Assembly (NCBI GenBank): GCA_017441125.1 | Contig: JAFSAH010000028.1 | Coordinates: 1-55,880 of the forward strand | From: Clostridia bacterium | GTDB lineage: Bacteria; Bacillota; Clostridia; Oscillospirales; UBA644 | Reading direction: 5' to 3' | DNA length: 55,880 nucleotides | Shown: piece after piece, positions 16,815 to 26,724 of the stretch | How the letters are laid out: the number at the start of each line of letters is the position of its first letter | Numbering within the stretch: position 1 is the stretch's first letter | Made by a program: the position numbers and the translations under genes | Notes under the pieces: generated by a model | Told to the model about the DNA's origin: nothing | The model's database searches: none | The model's input: the letters and a program-made list of their open reading frames with translations, nothing else

Positions 16815-18458
16815 ATGAACAAAAAAAATAAAAACGAAAAAGAAGAAGTTCAGGTAACGGAAGTTCATGAACTCTCTGAAGTTGAAGTAAAATCCAATGC
16901 GCAGTTATCGGCGAATCTCGGTCAACCACAGCAAAAAGTAAAAATAAACACTAAAAAAATCAAATATAACTCACTCACAACAGTATCGACCGCTTTGGTT
17001 TTAGCTGTAATAATTCTTATCAACGTCGCAGTAGGACTTGCGGGAGAAAGATTCAATCTCAGCCTCGACCTTACAGAAGAACAGGTCTTTACTCTTGACC
17101 AACAGACGCTGGATTACCTTAGTGAGCTTGAAACTCCTGTCGAGCTGATTATTGCAGGGGAAGAAAAGTCTTACAGCTCTTCCGTTTCGGAAACAAATGC
17201 AATTTCCCCTCTCAGATACGTGTATGAAACGTTGATAAACTATGCGAATGAGAACCCCAATATTACCGTTCATTATGTAAATCCGAGACTTAACCCCATG
17301 TTTTTTAAATCAAGAGGAATATCTCTCGATGACGGAACGGATACCGCGGAAAATATTTTCATGGTAGTTTACTGCCCCGAAACCCAGAGATTCCGCTACA
17401 TAAAAGATACTATTTTTGAAAATCTTCAATATGTGGGATTTGAAAGACGTGTAACCTCCGCAATTCTCTACACGACCAAAAAGGATATTCAAACCGTAGC
17501 TTTTGTTCAGGGACACGGCGAAAGCACTTACGCATATTTTCAACAGTTGCTTATAGAAAACGGTTTTGATGCAAAAAGCATCAAACTTCAGGACTTCGAC
17601 AGCATTTTAGGTTACGATATTGATATTCTCGTAATAGCAAATCCCTCAAGAGGATACAGCGTTGACGATATAAACAAGATTGACGAATGGCTTTCAAACA
17701 ATGAGGAATTAGGAAAGCACTTAATGGTATTTACGGATTTAAATACCAAGTCCAACAAATATCTTGAAGAATATCTCCTTGAATGGGGGCTTTCTTTGGG
17801 AACCGAAAGTATTTTTGACACAAGCAACAGTTATACTTTTACAAACGCTATGTACCCATTACTTAAGGTTCAATACGGGCAAGCAACTGCTATAATTGCC
17901 GAAGAGCTTGCGAAAGGCGGTTATAATCAGTTTATACAGTTAGGTGCTGCAAGAGCAGTATATACTGAATTTGAAACAAAAGATTCAATTCAGACTTATC
18001 CGATGATAATTACTGCTGATTCGGCTTTCTCAAGATTTACAGCATCAACGAATCTGTCCTCTACCGAATGGAAAAACTTCAAGAAACAAGACGGTGATAC
18101 CGTAGGCCCCTTCAACCTCTCCGTTTTATCTCAAAAAATAAGATATGAAGACACCACCGCTTTTACATCAAGTGTTTATCTTTGCGGTTCAACCTCTTTT
18201 ATAGATGATTACTTTATCAGTAACATCGACGGAAATAACGCGCAGACTGCGGAATATATGATAAAATTGATCAAATATCTTGTTTCTTCAACTCAGGATT
18301 ATGATACGAATATTCTTCCCACACAGTTAATATTCGATTCCTTGAATTTCACTGAAACACATCAGATAATCTCTGTATTCCTCGGACTTATTTTCGGTAT
18401 TCCCGTATTATTTGCTATAATAGGAATAATTGTCCACAGGAGACGTAAATTCTTATGA
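16815..18458 (+). CDS. GldG-like ABC-transporter auxiliary protein (large extracytoplasmic domain between N- and C-terminal TM helices)
   Basis: Polar N-terminus, a TM helix 'TVSTALVLAVIILINVAVGL', a large soluble domain, and a C-terminal TM 'ISVFLGLIFGIPVLFAIIGIIV' followed by HRRRK. Position directly after the ATPase and permease genes fits this role. Confidence 0.7.
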   Translation: MNKKNKNEKEEVQVTEVHELSEVEVKSNAQLSANLGQPQQKVKINTKKIKYNSLTTVSTALVLAVIILINVAVGLAGERFNLSLDLTEEQVFTLDQQTLDYLSELETPVELIIAGEEKSYSSSVSETNAISPLRYVYETLINYANENPNITVHYVNPRLNPMFFKSRGISLDDGTDTAENIFMVVYCPETQRFRYIKDTIFENLQYVGFERRVTSAILYTTKKDIQTVAFVQGHGESTYAYFQQLLIENGFDAKSIKLQDFDSILGYDIDILVIANPSRGYSVDDINKIDEWLSNNEELGKHLMVFTDLNTKSNKYLEEYLLEWGLSLGTESIFDTSNSYTFTNAMYPLLKVQYGQATAIIAEELAKGGYNQFIQLGAARAVYTEFETKDSIQTYPMIITADSAFSRFTASTNLSSTEWKNFKKQDGDTVGPFNLSVLSQKIRYEDTTAFTSSVYLCGSTSFIDDYFISNIDGNNAQTAEYMIKLIKYLVSSTQDYDTNILPTQLIFDSLNFTETHQIISVFLGLIFGIPVLFAIIGIIVHRRRKFL

Positions 18459-19954
18459 TAACTAAAAAGAAAATAATCTTGATACTCGTATCTCTCCTAC
18501 TGTTGGGAGGCGCAATTGCAGGAGTTCTGTTTATATCAGAGTTTGAGCTTATTCCCGATGAGGAAACTCCCGATACGTCTCTTACAATAGAATATCAGAG
18601 AGAAACGCTGCAAATATACACCTGTAATGCCAACGACGTGGATTATATCCATGTTTTAAACGAAACAGGCGAATATACAGTCAGCAGAAAAGATGACGGA
18701 ACAGTATATTTTCACGGCCATGAGGAGGTTCCTCTTCTGAAATATTCATCCGAAGGTCTCTTTGAAAGCGTAAACAATATCCGATGTGAAGCGCTTATTG
18801 AAACGGACTGTGAAGAGCTTATAAATTACGGTCTTGATAAGCCCAAGGCTATAATTACTGTAAAAATGAAAAACGGAACTGAAAGAGTATTCCATTTGGG
18901 AGACGCAGCACCTCAGGGCGGCGGTTACTATTTCAGAGATACAACAAACAATGACGTTTATCTTTCCGAAACATATTTTTCAGAGCGTTTTATAAGAAAT
19001 CATACTCAATACTATCAAACAAACATCGCAAAAGAGTTTGAGTATTCCGGCTTTCAGACCCTCAGTATAAAGCCTTACGGCGAAGAAGAAATTTCCGTAA
19101 GAACTCTTACGGAAGAAGAAAATGAAGACATCAGATATATGGGAGGCACCATCGTAGAAGAACCCTTCTTCTGCGCGGGAACCTCCGAGCCGATTCAGAA
19201 AATTGCTGAAATTCTGGCGGTGCTTGAAGCCGAGTACGTTGAAACGGACGTTCTCAGTGAAGAAAATCTGACAAAATACGGTTTTGATAATCCTACGACG
19301 GTAACTTTGACTGCGCTTGTGGATACTTCTTCCATACTGAGTAATATTACGGGTCTTGAAAACCCATACTATGACCCCAACGGAAACGGCGAACAGAAGC
19401 TTATAACAATAAAATATATTGTAGGCACAACCATAGATATATACACCTACGTAATCTTTGACGATCAATCGGTAATTTACGCGGTAGACAAGTCAAAGCT
19501 CGAATGGGTAGAAAAAAACACCGTTGACGTTTATTGTCAAGGTATGATATATTTGAAATACCTTAATGAAATTTCAAGAATAAACGTAGAAGTTGACGGT
19601 CAGGAGCATTCTTTTGATATCACAGATCCCGATGCGGGAGAAGCAATGGTCGTAATGTACAACACATACACGAAGGTGGATCAGGCTCAATTCAGGAATT
19701 TCTACGTATCAATCATAGGAGTTACCCATGACGGCCTTGCATATGAACCCGAAGAAGGTTCAACGCCTTATCTGAAAATAACCTACGTTCCCATTGAGGG
19801 CGAAAACATCGTTTTGGAATTTTATCAGATAGAGCCCAGAAAATATGTTATTAAACTTGACGGCGAAGGAAGATTTTTCGCATACTCGTCAAAAATAGAT
19901 AAGATCGTAAAAGATATGCACAAACTGATAAACGGCGAAGAAATTATAAATTAA
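18455..19954 (+). CDS. DUF4340-like membrane-anchored protein
   Basis: Single N-terminal TM helix 'IILILVSLLLLGGAIAGVLFI' and an ATGA overlap with the GldG-like gene. This is the typical fourth gene of such operons. Confidence 0.6.
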   Translation: MITKKKIILILVSLLLLGGAIAGVLFISEFELIPDEETPDTSLTIEYQRETLQIYTCNANDVDYIHVLNETGEYTVSRKDDGTVYFHGHEEVPLLKYSSEGLFESVNNIRCEALIETDCEELINYGLDKPKAIITVKMKNGTERVFHLGDAAPQGGGYYFRDTTNNDVYLSETYFSERFIRNHTQYYQTNIAKEFEYSGFQTLSIKPYGEEEISVRTLTEEENEDIRYMGGTIVEEPFFCAGTSEPIQKIAEILAVLEAEYVETDVLSEENLTKYGFDNPTTVTLTALVDTSSILSNITGLENPYYDPNGNGEQKLITIKYIVGTTIDIYTYVIFDDQSVIYAVDKSKLEWVEKNTVDVYCQGMIYLKYLNEISRINVEVDGQEHSFDITDPDAGEAMVVMYNTYTKVDQAQFRNFYVSIIGVTHDGLAYEPEEGSTPYLKITYVPIEGENIVLEFYQIEPRKYVIKLDGEGRFFAYSSKIDKIVKDMHKLINGEEIIN

Positions 19955-19985
19955 TACACTACTGAATACATAAAAAAGAAATGGA

Positions 19986-21752
19986 ATGAAAAGAATGGTA
20001 ATTGAAAATTTAGAAGAAATGAAAGTTTTTTGGCACTCTACTTCACACGTACTTGCTCAGGCAGTAAAAAGACTCTATCCCCAGGTAAAGCTCACAATAG
20101 GTCCAGCTATTGATAACGGATTCTATTATGACTTTGACAGCGATGTTTCTTTCACACCTGAAATTCTCAGCCAGATCGAGGCTGAAATGAAAAAAATCAC
20201 AAAGGAAAACCTTAAGATCGAAAGATTTGTTCTTCCCAAAGAAGAAGCCCTTGAGCTTATGAAGGACGAACCCTACAAGGTTGAGCTTATCAATGAGCTT
20301 CCCGAAGGCGAAGAAATCAGCTTCTACAAGCAGGGCGAATTCGTTGACCTTTGCGCAGGTCCTCATCTTAACTACGTTTCCAAAATCAAAGCAATTAAAC
20401 TTACACAGTGCACAGGTGCATATTGGAGAGGCGACGCTTCCAAGAAAATGCTCCAGAGAATTTACGGTATTTCTTTCCCTAAAGCTGCAGATCTTGAAAC
20501 ATATCTTGCAGATGTTGAAGAAGCAAGAAAACGCGACCACAACAAATTAGGCAGAGAACTCGAACTCTTCACAACTTCCGACCTTATCGGTCAGGGTCTT
20601 CCTATCCTTCTCCCCAAAGGCGCAAGAATCATTCAGACTCTCCAGAGATTTGTTGAAGATACAGAGCAAAAACATGGTTGGATCCTCACAAAAACTCCTT
20701 ACATGGCAAAGAGTGATCTCTATAAGCTTTCCGGTCACTGGGATCACTACCTTGACGGTATGTTCGTTCTCGGAGATCCCGAAAAAGACGACGAAGTTTT
20801 CGCTCTCCGTCCTATGACTTGTCCTTTCCAATATCAGGCTTACCTCAACAGAGCAAGATCCTACAGAGACCTGCCCCTCAGATATAACGAAACTTCAACT
20901 CTTTTCAGAAACGAAGCTTCCGGTGAAATGCACGGTCTTATCAGAGTACGTCAGTTCACAATTTCCGAAGGTCACCTTATGTGTACTCCCGAACAGCTTG
21001 AGCAGGAATTCAAGAGCTGTCTTGAAATGGCTATTTATATGCTTAAAACTCTCGGTCTGTACGAAGACGTAAGCTACAGATTCTCACAGTGGGATCCTAA
21101 CGACAGAGCTAAATATATCGGCACTGAAGAACAGTGGAACGAAGCTCAGGAAATGATGGAAAAGATTCTTAACCATCTTGAAATTCCCTACAAAGTAGGT
21201 GTCGGCGAAGCTGCCTTCTACGGTCCGAAGCTTGACATTCAGATCAGAAATGTATTCGGTAAAGAAGATACTCTTATCACTATCCAGATAGACCAGCTCC
21301 TTGCTGAAAAATTCGGTATGGAATACGTTGACAGCGACGGAACAAAGAAGAATCCCTACATTATCCACAGAACTTCAATCGGTTGCTATGAAAGAACGCT
21401 TGCTCTTCTTATTGAAAAATATGCAGGCGCATTCCCCACATGGCTTGCTCCCGTTCAGGTAAAACTTCTCCCCATTGCTGACAGACACCACGAATATGCC
21501 GCAAATATCTGCAAAAAGCTTACAGAACTCGGTATCCGTGTTGAAAACGATGACAGAAGCGAAAAGATTGGTTACAAGATCCGTGAAGCTCAGCTCAACA
21601 AGATCCCCTTCATGCTCGTTATCGGCGACAAGGAAGTTGAAGAAAACGCAGTTTCCGTAAGAAGCCGCAAGGACGGCGATAAGGGCTCCATGAAGCTCAG
21701 CGACTTCATCACAATGATTCAGGGCAGAATTGCTTCAAAGATTATTGACTAA
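19986..21752 (+). CDS. thrS: Threonyl-tRNA synthetase, short form lacking the N-terminal TGS domain
   Basis: Begins at the N2/editing-domain motif 'FWHSTSHVLAQAV'. Also 'RPMTCPFQ', 'FRNEASGEMHGLIRVRQFT' and the anticodon-binding C-terminus 'PFMLVIGDKEVE'. Confidence 0.92.
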   Translation: MKRMVIENLEEMKVFWHSTSHVLAQAVKRLYPQVKLTIGPAIDNGFYYDFDSDVSFTPEILSQIEAEMKKITKENLKIERFVLPKEEALELMKDEPYKVELINELPEGEEISFYKQGEFVDLCAGPHLNYVSKIKAIKLTQCTGAYWRGDASKKMLQRIYGISFPKAADLETYLADVEEARKRDHNKLGRELELFTTSDLIGQGLPILLPKGARIIQTLQRFVEDTEQKHGWILTKTPYMAKSDLYKLSGHWDHYLDGMFVLGDPEKDDEVFALRPMTCPFQYQAYLNRARSYRDLPLRYNETSTLFRNEASGEMHGLIRVRQFTISEGHLMCTPEQLEQEFKSCLEMAIYMLKTLGLYEDVSYRFSQWDPNDRAKYIGTEEQWNEAQEMMEKILNHLEIPYKVGVGEAAFYGPKLDIQIRNVFGKEDTLITIQIDQLLAEKFGMEYVDSDGTKKNPYIIHRTSIGCYERTLALLIEKYAGAFPTWLAPVQVKLLPIADRHHEYAANICKKLTELGIRVENDDRSEKIGYKIREAQLNKIPFMLVIGDKEVEENAVSVRSRKDGDKGSMKLSDFITMIQGRIASKIID

Positions 21753-21756
21753 TACT

Positions 21757-22311
21757 ATGATAAAAGAACCTAAAACATTAGAAACAGAGAGACTCGTCAT
21801 AAGACGAGTCTACTCTACTGATATAACCCTATTTGAAGCAACCTCGGATCCTGAAGTAACCAAATACGAGCCCTGGCAACCCCATGAAAACGTAACGCAG
21901 TTAATGGAATATATAAACCAAGTCTTTGACCGTTATGAAGAAGGACACATAACCGAATGGACGATCGAAGATGCAGAATCGGGAGAGCCTATGGGTATGA
22001 TAAATATTCATAACGTAAATCCCGTACACAAACACGGGGAATTGGGCTTTTGGCTTGCAAAAAAATATTGGAACAAGGGATATGCCACGGAAGCCTGCAA
22101 GGCTGTTTTATATTATGCTTTTTCAGAGCTTTCTTTTCAGCGTATACACAGCATCACAGCGGCAAATAACAGTTCCTGTATAAGAGTTCTCGATAAAATC
22201 GGAATGACATATGAAGGAACCTTCAGAAATTATATGTATCTCAACTGCACGGACAGAAAAACTCTTTCCGATGTGAAAATATATTCTGTTCTGAAAGATG
22301 AAATTAACTAA
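21757..22311 (+). CDS. GNAT family N-acetyltransferase (RimJ/RimL-like)
   Basis: 'LETERLVIRR' and 'KKYWNKGYATEACKAVLYYAF'. I prefer the ATG at 21757, after the thrS stop. Confidence 0.8.
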   Translation: MIKEPKTLETERLVIRRVYSTDITLFEATSDPEVTKYEPWQPHENVTQLMEYINQVFDRYEEGHITEWTIEDAESGEPMGMINIHNVNPVHKHGELGFWLAKKYWNKGYATEACKAVLYYAFSELSFQRIHSITAANNSSCIRVLDKIGMTYEGTFRNYMYLNCTDRKTLSDVKIYSVLKDEIN

Positions 22312-22413
22312 TTTCTGCCACAACTATGTTGATACACTTACGAATTTTTCATGTATAATTTATACATAACCTCAAAAAACTATAATAAGAATCTCGAAGA
22401 GAGGAAATAATAT

Positions 22414-23628
22414 ATGGAGAACGAAAACAACGTAACACCTGAAGGCTTTGAAGAACAGCCCGAAACAGCGGACTTCGAAGTAGTTCAGCCTGAAAGATCT
22501 GCTACTCAAGGGATCTATGACAATGTTCAAACCGATCCGTTTGCTTCTTCAAATATCCACGTTGAAACAGTGGAAACAAGGAAAACCTCCCGAAAAGGCT
22601 TTTGGGTTGCAGCAACAGCAGTTCTTTTGGTTTTGTGCATTATATCAACATCTGTTGCTGTATTTTCCATCAACAATAACGGCGGTAAATTCACGTTGCC
22701 GACACCGAGCACTCCGGAATATGCACCTCTTACGGCACATACAACGGACGATCTTTTAACCGTTGCTCAAGTTTACGAAAAAGTTGAAGCAAGTATCGTA
22801 GATATTATAATAACTACACAAACAGGCGGAGGCTTTGCCACAGGTATAATTTATACTACCGACGGTTATATCGTAACAAATGCCCACGTTGTTGACACGG
22901 CTAAAACCGTTAAAGTCAGACTCGTTGACGGAACCGAATATCCTGCGGAAATTATCGGATATGACTCATATACAGAAGTAGCGGTAATTAAAATTGAAGC
23001 GGAAAATCTTGTACCTGCTGAATTTGGAGAATCATCCAAGCTCGTTGTAGGAGAGCAGATAATAGCAATCGGAACACCTTACGATATAACTCTTACCCAT
23101 ACGACCTCCGACGGCATCGTTTCCGCAATCAGAAATGAATTTACCTTTGAAGAATTAGGTCTTACTTTGAACCTTATACAGCACACGGCTTCTATCAATC
23201 CCGGAAATTCCGGCGGTCCTCTTCTTAATATGTACGGTCAGGTTATCGGCATAAATACGATTAAGATAGTAGACGATTACGAAAATATCGGGTTTGCAAT
23301 TCAGATAGAATCTGTTCTTCCAATCGTTGAACAGCTTATGAATAACGGCAAAGTTGAAAGACCTCAAATAGGGATTTCAGGATATACGGAACAGACTCTC
23401 GGAGGAGTTGTTGTTGCAAGCTTAACTCCCGGAGGAGCTGCTGAAAAATCCGATTTAAAAGTTTATGATATCATTACTAAAATTGACGGTGTAAGAGTTA
23501 AAACCATTGAAGAACTTATTACACGACTTGGCGGCTACAATGTTGGAGATACTGTAGTTCTTTCAGTTCTCCGAGACGTGGATGTTCTCGAAATAGAGAT
23601 TACTCTCCAAAAAGCCGCAGAAGAATAA
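22414..23628 (+). CDS. htrA: HtrA/DegP-family serine protease with a PDZ domain, membrane anchored
   Basis: TM helix 'FWVAATAVLLVLCIISTSVAVF'. Catalytic His in 'VTNAHVV' and Ser in 'NPGNSGGPLL'. The C-terminal PDZ region includes 'LKVYDIITKIDGVRV'. Confidence 0.9.
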   Translation: MENENNVTPEGFEEQPETADFEVVQPERSATQGIYDNVQTDPFASSNIHVETVETRKTSRKGFWVAATAVLLVLCIISTSVAVFSINNNGGKFTLPTPSTPEYAPLTAHTTDDLLTVAQVYEKVEASIVDIIITTQTGGGFATGIIYTTDGYIVTNAHVVDTAKTVKVRLVDGTEYPAEIIGYDSYTEVAVIKIEAENLVPAEFGESSKLVVGEQIIAIGTPYDITLTHTTSDGIVSAIRNEFTFEELGLTLNLIQHTASINPGNSGGPLLNMYGQVIGINTIKIVDDYENIGFAIQIESVLPIVEQLMNNGKVERPQIGISGYTEQTLGGVVVASLTPGGAAEKSDLKVYDIITKIDGVRVKTIEELITRLGGYNVGDTVVLSVLRDVDVLEIEITLQKAAEE

Positions 23629-23669
23629 AGCTTATTCCTCATAATTCTTTTCATAAAATTCTCCCCTAT

Positions 23670-23704
23670 ATGCCCTGCATAAGTTCTCCGCTTATGTGGG
23701 GCAT
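23670..23704 (+). terminator. 14-bp stem hairpin after htrA (contains two G-U pairs, so favoured on the plus-strand RNA)
   Basis: ATGCCCTGCATAAG, loop TTCTCCG, then CTTATGTGGGGCAT. There is no U-tract. Confidence 0.35.
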
Positions 23705-23810
23705 GACCCCTATATAAAACACTTTAAACGGAAAACTTATCAAAAAACGTCATCAATGAGGGTTACGGTTCATATGATTTATTGAAATAAAAAAGAACGG
23801 ACTGACCTTA

Positions 23811-25388
23811 TTGAAAACGAATAAATTTATATCTGACATACTTACCACCGCTGCGGTCTCACTCCTGCTTACCGTAACGGGAATGGTTTTTCGAATATAC
23901 ATCTCAAACGCGGTAGGAGCAGAGTGTATGGGGCTGTTCCAGTTGGTTTACACCCTGTACATTCCCGCTTGCACAGTGGCGGCTTCAGGAATAAATCTTG
24001 CGGCAGTAAGAATGATTTCCTCAAACGAAGCGAAAAATGATTGCAATGACAGAAATATAATGAAGTGCTGCTTCGGATACTCAATCTTCTTTGGAGTTCT
24101 TGCGCTTCTGCTTTTATTCACCCTTGCAGGTCCGTCTGCAAAATACCTTTTAAAGGATGAAAGCGCTTCATTCTGTCTTAAAATATTGGCCTTCGGGCTC
24201 CCCTTTCTTTCTGCGGCAAGCGCAATAAACGGGTATTTTACGGCAAAACGAAAAATCTTAAAAACCATGATAATTCAAATATCCGAAGATCTTTCCAAAA
24301 TCGCCGTCACAATAGTACTTTTCAATTTTTTTAAAGGAAACGACGCAAGCACACTCTGTGCGGTACTGGTTTTAGGTTCGGCGGCAGGAGAGATAATTTC
24401 CTGCTTAATAGCTATAATTTTTTATATATTTGAAAAAAAAGAAAAGAATACCCCTGCGGCAGAAAAGGTTCATTTAAAAAAACTGCTGTCGATCGCTCTT
24501 CCCGCCGCCATAAGTATGTATATCAGGTCTGCGCTTTCAGCTTTGGAAAATCTGCTCGTGCCATTCGGCTACAGAAAATTCGGCTACAGCGAAAAGGAAA
24601 CCCTTGAGCATATCGGTGTTTTTCGCGGAATGGTCTTCCCTCTTATGATGTTTCCTTCCACCTTGCTGAATGCGGCGGCAAAAATTCTGGTTCCGGAAAT
24701 TTCATATGCGTACGAGCAAAAAGACATGAAAAAAATCGAATCTATCGCCTTTAAGACGATCTATTCGACTTTACTTTTTTCATTTTTTATTTCGGGCGTA
24801 TTTTTATTCTTTGCAAATGAGCTATGCACAGCTCTGTACCGAAACGAAGAAGCGGGAGTAATACTCATGCTTCTTTCCGCCCTCGTACCAATAATGTATC
24901 TTGACGGTATCGTAGATGCAATTCTTAAAGGGATGGATCAACAGCTCGCGACCATGCGGTACAGCATTATAGATTCAATAATAAGCATAGCCCTTATAAT
25001 TGTCCTCCTGCCGCGCTTCGGGGTCAGGGGGTATATCATAGTGACTTATTTAAGCAGCGCTGTAAACGCATTTCTGGGGATCTCACGGTTTATAAAAGTG
25101 TCTGATATCCGTTTTTCTGTTTATAACTGTTTAGCGGTCCCGTTTCTATCTACGGCGGCAGCCCTATTACCCGTTTTTGTGTTTGGTAAGGTAACGGATA
25201 TATCTCTCCCGCTTGTTGCAGATATTCTGATTTCCGCAGCGCTGTATATTTTCTTTATAGTTATAACCAAAAACGAAGCTTTAGGATTGAGAAAAAAGAT
25301 ATCAGATCTTTTTAAGCATTTCAGGCGTCATTCGGAGACATTCGCCCCGCTTGAGGCTTGGCTCCAAAGTAAGCCCGCCGATAGATAA
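23811..25388 (+). CDS. spoVB: MurJ/MOP-superfamily flippase, stage V sporulation protein B-like
   Basis: About 14 hydrophobic helices and a SpoVB-like N-terminus 'ILTTAAVSLLLTVTGMVFRIYISNAVGAECMGLFQLV'. The TTG start is uncertain. Confidence 0.75.
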   Translation: MKTNKFISDILTTAAVSLLLTVTGMVFRIYISNAVGAECMGLFQLVYTLYIPACTVAASGINLAAVRMISSNEAKNDCNDRNIMKCCFGYSIFFGVLALLLLFTLAGPSAKYLLKDESASFCLKILAFGLPFLSAASAINGYFTAKRKILKTMIIQISEDLSKIAVTIVLFNFFKGNDASTLCAVLVLGSAAGEIISCLIAIIFYIFEKKEKNTPAAEKVHLKKLLSIALPAAISMYIRSALSALENLLVPFGYRKFGYSEKETLEHIGVFRGMVFPLMMFPSTLLNAAAKILVPEISYAYEQKDMKKIESIAFKTIYSTLLFSFFISGVFLFFANELCTALYRNEEAGVILMLLSALVPIMYLDGIVDAILKGMDQQLATMRYSIIDSIISIALIIVLLPRFGVRGYIIVTYLSSAVNAFLGISRFIKVSDIRFSVYNCLAVPFLSTAAALLPVFVFGKVTDISLPLVADILISAALYIFFIVITKNEALGLRKKISDLFKHFRRHSETFAPLEAWLQSKPADR

Positions 25389-25988
25389 TCGCTCAAGATA
25401 TAAAACCTTATTATCGGTTGCGGCAAACATAAGCTTGACCTGATGATATTTCCCTTCGGAAATTTCAACGATTCCTGCTTTTTCTCCGTCGGAACGCAAA
25501 ACCGCAGGCTTAAACTCAGTTCCGTCACGAAGCGTTATTCCTTTTGCAAAGGCTTCTGTATCTGACTCCGTAACAGAGCGTTCCAACACCGCGCGGTAAG
25601 TTTTTATAATATTTTTATTGGGAGACATGAGTGAATGAGAAAAATCTCCGTCGTTTGTGATAAGAAGCAACCCTTCAGTATCCTTATCTAATCTGCCTAC
25701 GGGAAAAAGTCCTTTTCGGAACATGCTTTCAGGCACAAGGTCAATAACATTTTTCTCGCCCTCTGTGGCGCTTATATACCCTGCAGGCTTATTGAGCATA
25801 ATGTAAATATATTTTTCCGTATCGAGAACTTTACCGTCAACCGCTACTGAAGCAGTTTCTGGAATTTTTAAAGAATAATCTTTGACCGTCTGTCCGTCAA
25901 CGGACACACGGCCTTTTTTTACCAAAACTTTTATTTCGGAGCGACTGTACGCACCCGAATTTGAAATAAGAGCATCAAGTCTAATCAT
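25302..25988 (-). CDS. rsuA: Pseudouridine synthase, RsuA/RluB family, with an S4 domain
   Basis: S4 region 'MIRLDALISNSGAYSRSEIKVLVKKGRVSVDG' and catalytic motif 'GRLDKDTEGLLLITNDG'. Confidence 0.9.
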   Translation of the reverse strand: MIRLDALISNSGAYSRSEIKVLVKKGRVSVDGQTVKDYSLKIPETASVAVDGKVLDTEKYIYIMLNKPAGYISATEGEKNVIDLVPESMFRKGLFPVGRLDKDTEGLLLITNDGDFSHSLMSPNKNIIKTYRAVLERSVTESDTEAFAKGITLRDGTEFKPAVLRSDGEKAGIVEISEGKYHQVKLMFAATDNKVLYLERLSIGGLTLEPSLKRGECLRMTPEMLKKI

Positions 25989-26722
25989 TATAATTCAGTT
26001 TTTTCAATATAATATTTTTTACCGCAAAGCTTACAGCTGACTTCAATCTTTTCTTCAAGAGAGGATACGTTTTCCCCTGCAAGCGCTGCAACAAGAGCCT
26101 TTTTGACACTGCGTTTGGTGCAGGTACAGCCGTATGAAAGTTCAGACTCCTCAACGATTCTGAAACCGTCGGATTCCTTAAGCGCTGAAACGGAACTGTC
26201 CTTTTCCAAAACCTTCAGGGCTTCCGCACCCTTTTCAATAATACTCGTAAAAGGAAGTTCTTCCGCAAAAACAGCGGTATTTCCGTAAATCTTCAGTATT
26301 GCCTTTCTCTGCATACTTCCGGTAATATACTCATCAACGACACTCTCGATAGTACTACCGCACACGACACTGCTGTAGTCCCTGCCTATTCCTGAACGGC
26401 GAACGACCTCAAGAATATATCCGTCATTAAGTACACCCTTGGAGTACCCGCAAACAGCCCCGCAAACTCGACCGTCCTGCTGGGCTGTGACGCTGTAGGT
26501 TATTCCTTTTACAACATTACGGAGCATGACCGTTACGGAAGAATTAGCCTCTTTCAAATCGGAAGCCAACACAGATCCGATAGATGCAACCACTACAGAC
26601 TCTGCTCTGTTCTCTTCAGTATCAAACTCCTCCGGAAAATATATTTTTTCCGCTATATCATGTATGACCGCCATATGAATACGGAGGTCATCACAATAGA
26701 TTATTTTATAAAGTTTATCCAT
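25988..26722 (-). CDS. hslO: Hsp33-family redox-regulated chaperone
   Basis: C-terminal zinc motif 'CTC...' followed by 'CKLCGKKYY', with a Hsp33-like core. Its stop overlaps the rsuA start (TAATG). Confidence 0.75.
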   Translation of the reverse strand: MDKLYKIIYCDDLRIHMAVIHDIAEKIYFPEEFDTEENRAESVVVASIGSVLASDLKEANSSVTVMLRNVVKGITYSVTAQQDGRVCGAVCGYSKGVLNDGYILEVVRRSGIGRDYSSVVCGSTIESVVDEYITGSMQRKAILKIYGNTAVFAEELPFTSIIEKGAEALKVLEKDSSVSALKESDGFRIVEESELSYGCTCTKRSVKKALVAALAGENVSSLEEKIEVSCKLCGKKYYIEKTEL

Positions 26723-26724
26723 TC

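Noticed and set aside
22330-22365. A promoter-like TTGATA ... TATAAT upstream of htrA.
   Set aside because: The spacer is 19 nt by my count, outside the usual 16-18 nt range. It may still function, but I do not list it as a supported feature.
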